A stretch of 64,000 nt of DNA from Clostridia bacterium (GCA_022794615.1 JAAWFD010000021.1:12808-76807); one strand, 5' to 3'; positions 9,063 to 20,497 are shown, counted from the first letter of the stretch. The notes: a model not told the origin generated them from the sequence alone. A program made the numbers and translations.

Positions 9063-11792
9063 ATGAAAGAACAAAAAAACTGGTTTAATCAAACAATTGA
9101 AGAAGTAGAACAAAATTTAGAAACAAGTACAAAACAAGGACTAACAACAGAGCAAGTAAAAGAAAGACAAGAAAAGATAGGACTAAATGAATTAAAAGAA
9201 AACAAAAAGAAAAGTACACTACAAAAACTAATTGACCAATTCAAAGACTTTTCAATCATAATACTAATAATAGCTGCAATAGTATCAGGAATAGTAGGAA
9301 TAGCAGAAGGAGAAGGAATAACAGACACAATAGTAATATTAATAGTAGTAGCTATCAATGCAATAATAGGTGTAGCACAAGAAAACAAAGCAGAAAAGTC
9401 ATTAGAAGCATTACAAAAGTTAAGTAGTCATGCAGCAAAGGTATTAAGAAACGGAAAAATAGAAGTAATACCAGCAAGAGAATTAGTACCAGGAGACATT
9501 GTCACAATAGAAACAGGAGACTATATATCAGCTGATTTAAGAATAATAGAGGCAGTAAACTTAAAATCGCAAGAATCTTCATTAACAGGAGAATCAGTAC
9601 CAGTAGAAAAAATGACAAACACAATAGAAGCAAAAGAAATAGGAGTAGGAGATAGGACAAATATGCTATTCTCATCAAGTCTAATTACATATGGAAGAGG
9701 AACAGCAATAGTAGTAGAGACAGGAATGAACACAGAAGTAGGAAAGATAGCAGAAATGTTAAGCACAACAGAAGAACAGAAAACACCATTACAAAACAAA
9801 TTAGACAAACTAGGAAAAACATTAGGAATAGCAGCAATAGGAATATGTATATTCATATTTTTAATAGGAATAATACAAGGAAAAGAGCCAATTAATATGT
9901 TCATGACAGCAGTAAGTTTAGCAGTAGCAGCAATACCAGAAGGATTAGTCGCAGTATCAACAATAGTATTAGCAATAGGTGTACAAAAGATGGTAAAGAA
10001 AAATGCAATAGTAAAAAAATTACCAGCAGTAGAAACGTTAGGAAGTAGTACAGTAATTTGTTCAGACAAAACAGGGACACTAACACAAAACAAAATGACA
10101 GTAAAAAAAGTATTTTGGAACAGTAAATTAGAAGACATAGAAAAAGTAGAAATGGACCATGAATTACAACAACTAATATATGATGCAATATTATGTAATG
10201 ATACAAAAATACTAGAAGATGGAACATTGGCAGGAGACCCAACAGAAACAGCACTAACCGAAATGGCATTCAACTTAAAATTAGATTCAAGCATATATGA
10301 AGATATGCCAAGAATATCAGAAGTACCATTTGATTCAGACAGAAAATTAATGACAACAGTACACAAAATAAATGACAATCTATATAGAGTATTTACAAAA
10401 GGTGGAGTAGATGAGTTATTAAAAAGATGTAAGGGGTATGGGTTAAACGGAAATGTAAGAGAAGACTTAGAAAGATATAAAAAAGAAATAGAGAAAAGCA
10501 ATGAAGAAATGGCAAAAAATGCATTAAGAGTATTAGCATTTGGATATAAAGAAATAGAGCATAAACCAACAAAAGAAGAAATCGAAAATATAGAAAGTGA
10601 ATTAATATTCTTAGGAATGGTAGGAATGATAGACCCACCAAGACAAGAAGCAAAAATAGCAGTAGAGAAATGCAAGACCGCAGGAATAAAAACAGTAATG
10701 ATAACAGGAGACCACAAGATAACAGCAACAGCAATAGCAAAACAATTAGGAATATTAGAAAACGAAGAAGAAGCAATAACAGGAGCAGAATTAGAGCAGA
10801 TGACAGATGAAGAGCTAACAAAAAATGTAAGACAATATTCTGTATATGCAAGAGTATCACCAGAACACAAAGTAAGAATAGTAAAAGCATGGCAAGCAAA
10901 TGGAGAAATAGTAGCAATGACAGGCGATGGAGTAAACGATAGTCCAGCCTTAAAAACAGCAGACATAGGATGTGCCATGGGAAAAGTAGGAACAGAAGTA
11001 GCAAAAGAAGCAGCAGATGTAATATTAACAGATGACAATTTTGCAACAGTAGTATCAGCAGTAGAAGAAGGAAGAAGGATATATGATAATATACTAAAAG
11101 TTATACAATTTTTAATATCTTGCAATGTAGGAGAAGTAATAACATTATTTTTAGCAACACTACTAACGCCTTTATTTGCAAAATGGTTTGGAATAGCAGA
11201 CAGTACATTAATAGAAGTATTATTACCAATCCATATATTATGGATAAACTTAGTAACAGATACTTTACCAGCATTAGCATTAGCATTTGACCCAGCAAAC
11301 AAAGATATAATGCAAAGAAAACCTTTAAAACCAACACAAGGTGTATTTACAAAAGGAATGGTATTTAGAATAGTATATCAAGGAATAATGGTAGGAGTAG
11401 TAACATTATCTGCATTTATGATAGGATTAGCAACAACAAATGCACCAATAGGAGGATTAACATTAGATGAATCTAAAGTAGAAGTAGGTCAAACAATGGC
11501 ATTTGTCACATTATCATTATTAGAATTAGTACATGTATTTAATATAAGAGACAACAAAAATTCACTATTTAAAACAAAAGTATTTAACAATAGTAAATTA
11601 ATATTAGCAGTATTGGCATCATTAGCATTAGTACTAATAATATTATTTGTACCAGCATTAAGAACAATATTTAGTATACCATTATTACCAGTAGGAAATA
11701 TATTAGAAATAGTTGTATTGATATTAATACCAGTTGTAATAGTAGAGATGTTTAAGTTGTTAAAAATAAATACTACAAAAGATGAAGAATAG
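9063..11792 (+). CDS. P-type cation-transporting ATPase (Ca2+/Mg2+-type, P2A-like)
   Basis: 909 aa; phosphorylation motif CSDKTGTLTQN, hinge TGDGVNDSPALKTADIGCAMG, 10 TM pattern. Confidence 0.9.
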   Translation: MKEQKNWFNQTIEEVEQNLETSTKQGLTTEQVKERQEKIGLNELKENKKKSTLQKLIDQFKDFSIIILIIAAIVSGIVGIAEGEGITDTIVILIVVAINAIIGVAQENKAEKSLEALQKLSSHAAKVLRNGKIEVIPARELVPGDIVTIETGDYISADLRIIEAVNLKSQESSLTGESVPVEKMTNTIEAKEIGVGDRTNMLFSSSLITYGRGTAIVVETGMNTEVGKIAEMLSTTEEQKTPLQNKLDKLGKTLGIAAIGICIFIFLIGIIQGKEPINMFMTAVSLAVAAIPEGLVAVSTIVLAIGVQKMVKKNAIVKKLPAVETLGSSTVICSDKTGTLTQNKMTVKKVFWNSKLEDIEKVEMDHELQQLIYDAILCNDTKILEDGTLAGDPTETALTEMAFNLKLDSSIYEDMPRISEVPFDSDRKLMTTVHKINDNLYRVFTKGGVDELLKRCKGYGLNGNVREDLERYKKEIEKSNEEMAKNALRVLAFGYKEIEHKPTKEEIENIESELIFLGMVGMIDPPRQEAKIAVEKCKTAGIKTVMITGDHKITATAIAKQLGILENEEEAITGAELEQMTDEELTKNVRQYSVYARVSPEHKVRIVKAWQANGEIVAMTGDGVNDSPALKTADIGCAMGKVGTEVAKEAADVILTDDNFATVVSAVEEGRRIYDNILKVIQFLISCNVGEVITLFLATLLTPLFAKWFGIADSTLIEVLLPIHILWINLVTDTLPALALAFDPANKDIMQRKPLKPTQGVFTKGMVFRIVYQGIMVGVVTLSAFMIGLATTNAPIGGLTLDESKVEVGQTMAFVTLSLLELVHVFNIRDNKNSLFKTKVFNNSKLILAVLASLALVLIILFVPALRTIFSIPLLPVGNILEIVVLILIPVVIVEMFKLLKINTTKDEE

Positions 11793-12028
11793 TATACAAA
11801 TATTATATAGGGGTACATTTAACGAAATGTACTCCTTATATATTATAAAGAAATGAGATACAAAAGATTTATTATTTTGGAGAATCTCTGCCTTTATTTT
11901 TTATACAATTAAAATTCTATTTTTTTATAAATAAACTATACAAAATTTAAAAATAACATGATATAATAAAAAAGGCAGTAGTAAAAAACGCTAAAACTAA
12001 TGAAAAAACAAAAGAAAGAGGAGATTAA

Positions 12029-13135
12029 ATGAAAAAAGTAATAAAAGTATTAGTTTCAATAATAACAACAATACTATCGATAGTAATACTATCAGTATTG
12101 GGATTAATAATATATACAGAAATAAACAAAGAAGACAAGTTTGCGGCAGACCTTATACAAATTGGATATGAAAAAGTAACTGAATTTTTATTTGGAAAAC
12201 AAGAAGTAAAAGAAGAAAAACCAAAAGACTTAGGAAGTATAATAACAAATCCAGAAGAAATAACCAAATACTATTTTTATGAACAATTAGAAGACTATTC
12301 AAAAATAATATATAACAAATTATTAGAAAACAAAGAAAACATGAAGACAGGAACATATACAATAAACTTTGGAGAATCATTTAGTGTATTATTAGAACAA
12401 CCAAATGGTTCAGACCTATTACAAGACTATTATCAATCAGCAATAGAAACATATTTATATGACAATCCAGATGTATTCTATTTAAATCCAAAAAAGATGT
12501 ATATAAACATACAAACAACGAAGAGTAAATTCAAAACAAAGTATGAGGTATATTTAAACAGTGGAAATGAAGCAAATTATTTAGCAGATGGATATACAAC
12601 AAAAGAAGAAGTAGAAATAGCAGAACAAAAAATACAAGAAATAAAAAATCAAATAATATCAAGTATAGAAAACAAAAGTGAATACGAAAAAATAAAATAC
12701 ATACATGACTATTTAGTAGAACAAATAGAATATGATGAAACACTATCAAAGAACAATATATATGACATATATGGAGCATTAGTAAATAAAGAATGTGTAT
12801 GTGAAGGATATGCGAAGTCATTCAAATACTTACTAGATGAAGCAAGAATAGAAAATGTAATAGTAATAGGAAAAGGAACAAATTCAGATGGACAAACAGA
12901 GAGTCATGCTTGGAACTATGTAAAATTAGAAGGAGCATGGTATGCAGTAGATGTAACTTGGGATGACCCAATAGTAAAAGGATTTGTAGGATATGTAGCC
13001 CAAAAATTAAAATACAAATATTTCTTATTAGGAAGTAAAGACATAAGTAAAGACCACATACCAAGGACACAATTTGTAGAAGGGGGAAAAGAATACACAT
13101 ACCCTATACTAAACGAAAACAATTATATAGACTAA
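12029..13135 (+). CDS. transglutaminase-like superfamily protein with N-terminal TM anchor
   Basis: Cys-His-Asp core: KECVCEGYAKSF ... SHAWNYV ... AVDVTWDD. Confidence 0.55.
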   Translation: MKKVIKVLVSIITTILSIVILSVLGLIIYTEINKEDKFAADLIQIGYEKVTEFLFGKQEVKEEKPKDLGSIITNPEEITKYYFYEQLEDYSKIIYNKLLENKENMKTGTYTINFGESFSVLLEQPNGSDLLQDYYQSAIETYLYDNPDVFYLNPKKMYINIQTTKSKFKTKYEVYLNSGNEANYLADGYTTKEEVEIAEQKIQEIKNQIISSIENKSEYEKIKYIHDYLVEQIEYDETLSKNNIYDIYGALVNKECVCEGYAKSFKYLLDEARIENVIVIGKGTNSDGQTESHAWNYVKLEGAWYAVDVTWDDPIVKGFVGYVAQKLKYKYFLLGSKDISKDHIPRTQFVEGGKEYTYPILNENNYID

Positions 13136-13185
13136 AAAAGTTATATATATTTTCCTAAGATTGAAAAAACTAAAGAAGGTGTGAA

Positions 13186-15462
13186 ATGAAAAAAAAGAAC
13201 GAAAATGAAAGCGATGTAAAGAAAAAATTAGATTATATAGGACTAGATTTAGATAATGTACCAGAAACACTAAAAATATTCGAGCCATTAAATTATAGAA
13301 CAAGCAAAACAATTGAAGGGAACAGATACAAACAATACAGATATGTACCAATAAAGGACATTGAAATACTATTATCACCAACAAACAGATTAAACACAAT
13401 AGAAGAAAAATACTCAAAAGCAAGTCCAATATATACATATTTAGTACCAGATGAAGAAGAAAATATAATAAAGCATGCTAACTTTTTACAAATGCTAAAA
13501 AAAGTAAAAATAGAAGATATAGAAAAAATAGAAGAGGAGCAAAAAGTACTTAACACAAGAATACCATTCAGAGTCAAATATCCAGGAAACTATTTATGGC
13601 AAATATACTATTCAGAAAATGCAGATAAATATTTTATGCTAGTACCAATAGAAGACTCAGACTATTCAGCATTTTTCTATTTATTAAAGAAACAATTAGA
13701 AAAAAGAAAAATAGGGAAAATATTCATACCAATAAGTGGACAAGACTATTCAAGAGAATTTTTTACTAAATCGGAAATAGAGGACATAGAAAATTATATA
13801 TGGTTATTCACAAAAGATTGGCCAAGTATATATGAGATACATGACAAGACAGAAAAAACAAGTTTTCAAATTGTAGGAGAGACAGAAGTATACGAAAACA
13901 TAAAAACACCATATAAAGTCACTCTAAAAACTAAAGAAGAAGCAAACCAATTTTATAAATTACTAAAAGCCCTATTTATATTACAAACCCAGTTACAGCA
14001 TTATTATAAATTTGAAACAAACATAAGTAGTAATGGAGAATTAGAATTATATTTTAATAATAAACAAATAACATATGAAAAGATAGGAAAATTCATAAAT
14101 TCAGAATACATAAGATTAATAAAAAATGAAGAAGAAAAAGAAGAAGAAATAACAAAATCAGAAAAAAGATTGCAAGTATTACAAGAGCAAGTAAAACAAT
14201 TAGAAGTAGAATATATTGCAAAAGAAAAACAAATATCAACATATTTAGAATACAAAAAGACATTTTTAGGAAAAGTGAAATACTTTATAAAATACAGTAA
14301 AAAGGTACAAAAAAATACAATACAGATACCAGAAGAAGTAGAAGAGGAAGCAAAAGAGACAATTCAAAAGAAAGAGAAAGAAGAAATAGACAACGAAAAA
14401 AGATATACATTAGAGGACCTAGTAGAAAAAAGTAAAGAATATGAAGTAAAAGAAAACAAACATAAAAAATTAGTAATGGATATAAATGCAATAAAACTAA
14501 GAATAAAAAATATAACTAAGAAAATAGAAAACGCAACAAAATTTATAGAAGAAATAGACAAGCACAAAAGAAGTATATTTGAATTTTGGAAATATGCAAA
14601 CAAAGATGAGTTGGCAAGTTTACCAGAAGGAGAAGAAGAAGTAATAAATGTAGAGCCACATATAAAAAGGAAATTCAGTTATAAAGATGATATCGAAAAA
14701 TTTGGTGAATACTTAGATACTAAGCAACGAAAAGAACTAACAAGAGAAGAACTAGAAAGTATATATGTAGGAACAACTAATGTAATAAATGCAATAAATT
14801 CATTAATGGCAACAAAAGAAACAGCAAGAAAAGAAACAGAAAATAGTTTAAAAAATCTAAAAGAAAATATGTCAAAAGATAGTCAAGAAAAAGAGGAATT
14901 TGATATATTTGGAGGACTAATAGAGGACAATAGAAAAATAAAAACAATAGCGAACAAGAGCCACAGAGAAATTGCAAGAGACATATATAACATATTAGGA
15001 ATAAGTAAGAACACTAAAATTACAGAATATAAATTCGAACTAGATAGAATAATAAAAAATATAAAAAATGCTATAACAAAAATCAAAACTAATCAAAACC
15101 TAATAGCATATAAAGCAATAGATGAAGAACTAAATCCAAGCAATATAAATGTATTTGATTTAAACTTAGAAAAAGAAATAAAGGAAGTATTAGAAAGCAC
15201 AGAAACAAAGATAAATTTATATAAAATAGAAATAGAAAAAGATACAAATTTAGTAGGATTTACAAATAACGTATTTTATGATAATAAAAATAATACCTTA
15301 CCAATAGGAATGGACTTAAGTACAAAAGTAATGATTTATGATACAGAAATAGTAGAAAAAATCAGCCAAAAGCCAAGTAAGACATTTAAGATAGCATATT
15401 TTGAAGAAAATAAAGATGAATTATCAAAAGTAAAAATAAAAACAGTAAATGTATATGAATGA
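13186..15462 (+). CDS. large hypothetical coiled-coil protein (758 aa), Lys/Glu-rich
   Basis: Long ORF with consistent codon usage, no NTPase or TM motifs; sits directly downstream of the transglutaminase-like gene. Confidence 0.4.
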   Translation: MKKKNENESDVKKKLDYIGLDLDNVPETLKIFEPLNYRTSKTIEGNRYKQYRYVPIKDIEILLSPTNRLNTIEEKYSKASPIYTYLVPDEEENIIKHANFLQMLKKVKIEDIEKIEEEQKVLNTRIPFRVKYPGNYLWQIYYSENADKYFMLVPIEDSDYSAFFYLLKKQLEKRKIGKIFIPISGQDYSREFFTKSEIEDIENYIWLFTKDWPSIYEIHDKTEKTSFQIVGETEVYENIKTPYKVTLKTKEEANQFYKLLKALFILQTQLQHYYKFETNISSNGELELYFNNKQITYEKIGKFINSEYIRLIKNEEEKEEEITKSEKRLQVLQEQVKQLEVEYIAKEKQISTYLEYKKTFLGKVKYFIKYSKKVQKNTIQIPEEVEEEAKETIQKKEKEEIDNEKRYTLEDLVEKSKEYEVKENKHKKLVMDINAIKLRIKNITKKIENATKFIEEIDKHKRSIFEFWKYANKDELASLPEGEEEVINVEPHIKRKFSYKDDIEKFGEYLDTKQRKELTREELESIYVGTTNVINAINSLMATKETARKETENSLKNLKENMSKDSQEKEEFDIFGGLIEDNRKIKTIANKSHREIARDIYNILGISKNTKITEYKFELDRIIKNIKNAITKIKTNQNLIAYKAIDEELNPSNINVFDLNLEKEIKEVLESTETKINLYKIEIEKDTNLVGFTNNVFYDNKNNTLPIGMDLSTKVMIYDTEIVEKISQKPSKTFKIAYFEENKDELSKVKIKTVNVYE

Positions 15463-15504
15463 AGATTTTAGAAGGGAGATATATATAAGCTCTAAAGCTT
15501 ACAT

Positions 15505-16419
15505 ATGCCAAAAATAATGGAAGAATTTAAGTCAGGATTTGTTGCATTAATAGGAAGGACAAATGTAGGGAAATCAACACTACTAAATATGTTAGTAGGA
15601 GAAAAGATAGCCGCAACAGCAAATAAAGTGCAAACTACAAGAAATGCAATAAAGGGAATAGTAAACACAGAAAAATCACAAATAATATTTATAGATACCC
15701 CAGGAATACACAAACCAAAGACAAAACTAAATGAAACAATGGTAGAGACGTCATTTGGAGTAATACCAGATATAGATATAATATTATTTATGATAGAAGC
15801 AACAAGTGAAGAAATAGGAAGAGGAGACCAAAGAATACTTGAGAAAATAAAAGAATCAGGAAAGAAAGCAATTCTATTAATAAACAAAATAGACTTAATA
15901 AAAAGGGAAAAACTATTATCACTAATAGAAATATATAGTAAAGAATATCCATTTGAAGCAGTAATACCAATAACTTCGTTAAAAGACAAATATGCACAAG
16001 CAATACTTGATGAGATAGAAAAGCACTTAAAGCCAGGACCTGCATATTATGATATAGAAGAATATACAGACCAAACAATGAGACAATTAGCAGAAGAAAC
16101 TATAAGAGAAAAAGCATTAATTCTATTACAAGATGAAGTACCACATGGTATTTTAGTAGAAGTAACAAAAATGAATTTACGAAAAAATAAGGAAAAACAA
16201 GAAATATATGATATAGAAGCAACTATATATTGTTTAAGAAATTCACATAAAGGAATAATAATAGGAAAAAATGGGGAAATGCTAAAAAGAATAGGAAGTT
16301 TAGCAAGGACTGATATGGAAAGAAACTTTAGAACTAAAGTAAATTTAAAAACATGGGTAAAAGTAAAAGAAGATTGGCAAGAGAGTGACTCTATAGTAAA
16401 AAAATTTAAACTAAACTAA
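15505..16419 (+). CDS. era: GTPase Era
   Basis: G1 motif GRTNVGKSTLLN, DTPG, NKID; C-terminal KH domain. Confidence 0.9.
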   Translation: MPKIMEEFKSGFVALIGRTNVGKSTLLNMLVGEKIAATANKVQTTRNAIKGIVNTEKSQIIFIDTPGIHKPKTKLNETMVETSFGVIPDIDIILFMIEATSEEIGRGDQRILEKIKESGKKAILLINKIDLIKREKLLSLIEIYSKEYPFEAVIPITSLKDKYAQAILDEIEKHLKPGPAYYDIEEYTDQTMRQLAEETIREKALILLQDEVPHGILVEVTKMNLRKNKEKQEIYDIEATIYCLRNSHKGIIIGKNGEMLKRIGSLARTDMERNFRTKVNLKTWVKVKEDWQESDSIVKKFKLN

Positions 16420-16520
16420 AAAAAATAAGAAAAATTCAAATTTATTGTATATGAAAAATTTTCTTGAAATAGAATAAAAAAATATAAAATGCTAAAGATA
16501 AACTTAAAGGAGTGAGGCAA

Positions 16521-16670
16521 ATGATTAAAAAAATTGCATGGGATACATTTAAGAATACAGGAAATATAGATACATTTTTAGAATTTAAACAAATAAAAGA
16601 TATAGAAAACAAAATACAAAAGGTGGAGCAAGATGGGGATAATAAAAACAAATGGAATAATAATTTCTGA
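16521..16670 (+). CDS. yqzL: YqzL-like small protein (49 aa) between era and recO
   Basis: MIKKIAWDTFKNTGNIDTFLEFKQIK... with SD AAGGAGTGAGG upstream; conserved era-yqzL-recO arrangement in Firmicutes; overlaps recO start. Confidence 0.5.
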   Translation: MIKKIAWDTFKNTGNIDTFLEFKQIKDIENKIQKVEQDGDNKNKWNNNF

Positions 16671-17352
16671 AAATAATTTTGGAGACTTTGATAAAATGCT
16701 TACAATGCTGACACCAGGCATAGGAAAAATATCATGTGTAGCAAAAGGTGCTAGAAGACCTAGAAGCACCTTACTTGCAGGTACACAATTACTATGCTTT
16801 GGTGAGTACATAATGTATAAAGGAGCAGATACATATAATATAAATTCGTGTGAAACAATTGAGATATTTTATAACTTGCGTACAGACTGGGACAAGCTAA
16901 AATATGCTACACATATTACTAAAATAATACATGATGTGACAGGTGAAAATGAGAATAGTTATAAAATATTGCAGTTATATTTAAATACATTGTATACAAT
17001 GTCTGAAACAGATAAAAATTTAGATTTAATTGTTAGTATTTTTAAAATGAGATTGTTATGTATATTAGGTTTTAAACCTAGAATTGAGGAATGCGTAAAC
17101 TGTAGTGAAAAAGAAGTATTAACGCATTTTAGTTTAAAAGATAATGGTTTTAAATGTGAAACTTGTAGTAGATTAGATAAAGGTAGCATAAAAATGAGCG
17201 AGGGAACGGCAACTGCTATTAAATATATTGTTATGTCTCCTCCTAAAAAGCTGTTTTCGTTTAGTTTAAAAAATGATAGTGTTAATGAATTGAAACTTAT
17301 ATCTGATTTATATTTTAATGAAAAAATGGAAAGACAATATAAAATGGGGTAA
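16633..17352 (+). CDS. recO: DNA repair protein RecO
   Basis: 239 aa; N-terminal OB-fold region and C-terminal Cys4 zinc motif (CVNCSEKE...CETCS); synteny with era. Confidence 0.8.
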   Translation: MGIIKTNGIIISENNFGDFDKMLTMLTPGIGKISCVAKGARRPRSTLLAGTQLLCFGEYIMYKGADTYNINSCETIEIFYNLRTDWDKLKYATHITKIIHDVTGENENSYKILQLYLNTLYTMSETDKNLDLIVSIFKMRLLCILGFKPRIEECVNCSEKEVLTHFSLKDNGFKCETCSRLDKGSIKMSEGTATAIKYIVMSPPKKLFSFSLKNDSVNELKLISDLYFNEKMERQYKMG

Positions 17353-17368
17353 AATAAGGAAAAATCTA

Positions 17369-17397
17369 TTGACAAAACTAAAAAAAGTCTGTATAAT
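17369..17397 (+). promoter_or_regulatory. sigma-A-like promoter TTGACA-17-TATAAT upstream of rpmF
   Basis: Perfect consensus hexamers with 17-bp spacer. Confidence 0.5.
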
Positions 17398-17518
17398 CGT
17401 ATAGTGACAAATAAAAATTGGCAAGAAAAAATGTAAAAGCCAATAATAAAGGTTATAAATGAAAGAGTTAATAAATGAAAAGATATATACACATATCTAA
17501 AACGAGGAGGGAATAACA

Positions 17519-17704
17519 ATGGCACAACCAAAAAGAAGATGGTCAAAAGCAAGAACACATTTAAAAAGATCAACATGGAAAAAAGAAACACCTACATATG
17601 CAAGTTGCCCACACTGTCATGAAACAATATTACCACACAGAGTATGTTCAAATTGTGGATATTATGCAGGAAAAGAAATAGTAGCAAAAAAAGAAGAAGA
17701 ATAA
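17519..17704 (+). CDS. rpmF: 50S ribosomal protein L32
   Basis: MAQPKRRWSKARTHLKRSTWKK.. plus CxxC...CxxC zinc ribbon. Confidence 0.9.
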   Translation: MAQPKRRWSKARTHLKRSTWKKETPTYASCPHCHETILPHRVCSNCGYYAGKEIVAKKEEE

Positions 17705-17833
17705 AATTAACAATAGAGAGTTGTATAGTAATATACAGCTTTTATTTTTTAAAACTAATGAAAAGACTTGCAATTTATATGTTTTCATGATTAAATAGAA
17801 AAGTAATAAAAACGAAAAAGGGATGATATAAAG

Positions 17834-20497
17834 ATGAAAGAAAAACATAAATTATCAGAAAAATACAATCCAAAAGAATTTGAAGAAAAATTATATAAAG
17901 AGTGGGAAGAAAAAGGAAACTTCAAGCCAAGTATGAACAAAGAAAGAGAATCATACTGTATAATGATGCCACCACCAAATGTAACAGGAAAATTACATAT
18001 GGGACATGCATTAGATGACACGCTACAAGACATATTAATAAGAACAAAAAGAATGCAAGGATATAACACGCTATGGTTACCAGGAACAGACCATTCAGCA
18101 ATATCAACAGAAATGAAAGTAGTACAAAAAATAAAATCAGAAGGAAAGACAAAACAAGAATTAGGAAGAGAAAAATTTTTAGAAGAAGCATGGGAATGGA
18201 CACATAAATATGGAACAACAATACAACAACAACAACGAATGTTAGGATGTTCATGTGATTGGGAAAGAAACAGATTTACATTAGACAAAGGATTATCAGA
18301 AGCGGTATTAGAGCAATTTGTAAAACTATACAAAGATGGTCTAATATATAAAGGAAAAAGAATGGTAAACTGGTGTCCAAGCTGTAACACAGCAATATCA
18401 GATGCAGAAGTAGAATATAAAGAAGAAGAATCACACTTATGGCATTTAAGATATCAAATAAAAGGCGCAGATAAATATGTAGAAGTAGCAACAACAAGAC
18501 CAGAGACAATGCTAGGGGACACAGCAGTAGCAGTACATCCTGATGATGAAAGATATACAGATTTAATAGGAAAAACATGTATAGTACCAATAGTAAACAG
18601 AGAAATACCAATAATAGCAGACAGATTTGTAGAAAAAGAATTTGGAACAGGGTGTGTAAAGTTAACACCAGCACATGACCCAAATGACTATCAAGCGGGG
18701 CTAACACATAACCTAGAAATAATAGAGGTATTTGATAATAATACGATAATGGGAGATTTAATGCCAGAAGTTAAAGGAATGTTAGCAATAGATGCTAGAA
18801 AAGTAATAGTAGAAAAACTAGAAGAGATAGGAGCATTAATAAAAACAGAAAAATACACACATAATGTAGCAAAATGCGAAAGATGTAAAACAACAATAGA
18901 GCCACGAATATCAGACCAATGGTTTGTAAGCATGAAGAAAATAACAGAAGAGGCAATAAAAGTAGTAAAAGAAGGAAAAGTAAAATTCGTACCCCAAAAA
19001 TACGAAAAAGCATACTTTAATTGGACAGAAAATATAAGAGATTGGTGTATATCAAGACAAATATGGTGGGGACATAGAATACCAGCATATTACTGTGATG
19101 AATGCGGACATATAACAGTATCAAAAGAAAACCCAGAAAAATGTGAAAAATGTGGAAGCACAAAAATACAACAAGATGAAGATACATTGGATACATGGTT
19201 TAGTTCAGCACTATGGCCATTTTCAACGTTAGGTTGGCCATCAAAAGAAGCAGAAGATTTAAAAACATTCTTCCCAACAAACACATTAGTAACAGGATAT
19301 GACATCATAACATTTTGGGTATCAAGAATGACAACAGCAAGTTTATACTTAATGAATGATATACCATTTAAAGATGTAGTAGTACATGGACTTGTAAGAG
19401 ATTCACAAGGAAGAAAAATGTCAAAAACATTAGGAAATGGTGTAGACCCAATAGAAGTAATAAATGAATATGGAGCAGATGCATTAAGATTTTCTGTAAT
19501 ATCAGGAACAACAATGGGAAATGACATAAAATATATGCCAGAAAAATTAGATCAATCTGCAAATTTTGCAAACAAAATATGGAATGCAGCAAAATTTATA
19601 ACAATGAATATGGCAGAAGATGAAGATATAATCAAATTCAAAAAAGATAACTACGATGAAAAAACACATGAATATAAAGAAAATAGCTTAAGATTAGAGG
19701 ATAAATGGATAATAAGCAAATTAAATAAAACAGTTGCAGATATTACAACAAATATAGAAAAATATGAGCTAGGGGTTGCATTAGACAATATATATAGTTT
19801 CATATGGAATGAATTTTGTGATTGGTATATAGAAATAGTAAAAACTCGTTTATATAGTGAAAATCAAGAGGAAAAAATACGAGTAAGCTATGTGCTAGAT
19901 TATGTATTTAGAATGGCACTAAAATTGCTACACCCATTTATGCCATTTGTAACATCAGAAATCTATAGCAAATTAGTACAATATGATGATATAAATTTAA
20001 TGATGTCAGATTGGCCGAAATATAATGAAACAAATAATTTCGAAAAAGAAGAAAACATAATAGAAAACTTCAAAAAAATAATAGTAGGGATACGAAATAA
20101 CCGTGCACACTATAATGTACAAAATTCAAAGAAGACAGAACTAGTATTTGTAACAAAAAAATACCAAAGAGAAATTGATGAAGCAACAGAATTCTTAAAG
20201 AAGTTAGGATATGCAGAAAAAATAAAAATCCAAGAAAACAAAGAAGGAATTGGAGAAGAAGCAATATCAATAATATCAGATGGAATAGAAGTATATATAG
20301 AATTAAACGAATTAGTAGACTTAGAAGAAGAAAAGCAAAGAAAAGCTGAAGAAAAGAAGAAAATAGAAGCAGAAATTGAAAGAGCAAGTAAAATGCTTTC
20401 AAACCCAGGATTTGTAAATAAAGCACCACAAGCAAAAATTGAAGAAGAAAAAGCAAAGCTTGAAAAGTATAAAGAAATGTTAAAATCTTTTAAGTAG
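17834..20497 (+). CDS. valS: valine--tRNA ligase
   Basis: Class I HIGH-type motif PPPNVTGKLHMGHAL, KMSKT motif (KMSKTLGN), C-terminal coiled coil. Confidence 0.95.
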   Translation: MKEKHKLSEKYNPKEFEEKLYKEWEEKGNFKPSMNKERESYCIMMPPPNVTGKLHMGHALDDTLQDILIRTKRMQGYNTLWLPGTDHSAISTEMKVVQKIKSEGKTKQELGREKFLEEAWEWTHKYGTTIQQQQRMLGCSCDWERNRFTLDKGLSEAVLEQFVKLYKDGLIYKGKRMVNWCPSCNTAISDAEVEYKEEESHLWHLRYQIKGADKYVEVATTRPETMLGDTAVAVHPDDERYTDLIGKTCIVPIVNREIPIIADRFVEKEFGTGCVKLTPAHDPNDYQAGLTHNLEIIEVFDNNTIMGDLMPEVKGMLAIDARKVIVEKLEEIGALIKTEKYTHNVAKCERCKTTIEPRISDQWFVSMKKITEEAIKVVKEGKVKFVPQKYEKAYFNWTENIRDWCISRQIWWGHRIPAYYCDECGHITVSKENPEKCEKCGSTKIQQDEDTLDTWFSSALWPFSTLGWPSKEAEDLKTFFPTNTLVTGYDIITFWVSRMTTASLYLMNDIPFKDVVVHGLVRDSQGRKMSKTLGNGVDPIEVINEYGADALRFSVISGTTMGNDIKYMPEKLDQSANFANKIWNAAKFITMNMAEDEDIIKFKKDNYDEKTHEYKENSLRLEDKWIISKLNKTVADITTNIEKYELGVALDNIYSFIWNEFCDWYIEIVKTRLYSENQEEKIRVSYVLDYVFRMALKLLHPFMPFVTSEIYSKLVQYDDINLMMSDWPKYNETNNFEKEENIIENFKKIIVGIRNNRAHYNVQNSKKTELVFVTKKYQREIDEATEFLKKLGYAEKIKIQENKEGIGEEAISIISDGIEVYIELNELVDLEEEKQRKAEEKKKIEAEIERASKMLSNPGFVNKAPQAKIEEEKAKLEKYKEMLKSFK

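Noticed and set aside
9521-11302. 593-aa antisense ORF inside the P-type ATPase gene (and similar long antisense ORFs: 10393..11046, 47059..48459, 51521..52573, 61806..62707, 44811..45542, 59514..60125 etc.)
   Set aside because: Low-complexity Leu/Ile/Phe/Ser-rich translations arising from the A/T-rich antisense of genuine genes; no SD, no motifs, and the opposite strand carries strongly supported genes.
17705-17833. T-box leader for valS
   Set aside because: Gap is ~130 nt and contains an rpmF terminator plus a promoter-like TTGCAA-17-TTAAAT; too short and lacking T-box sequence.
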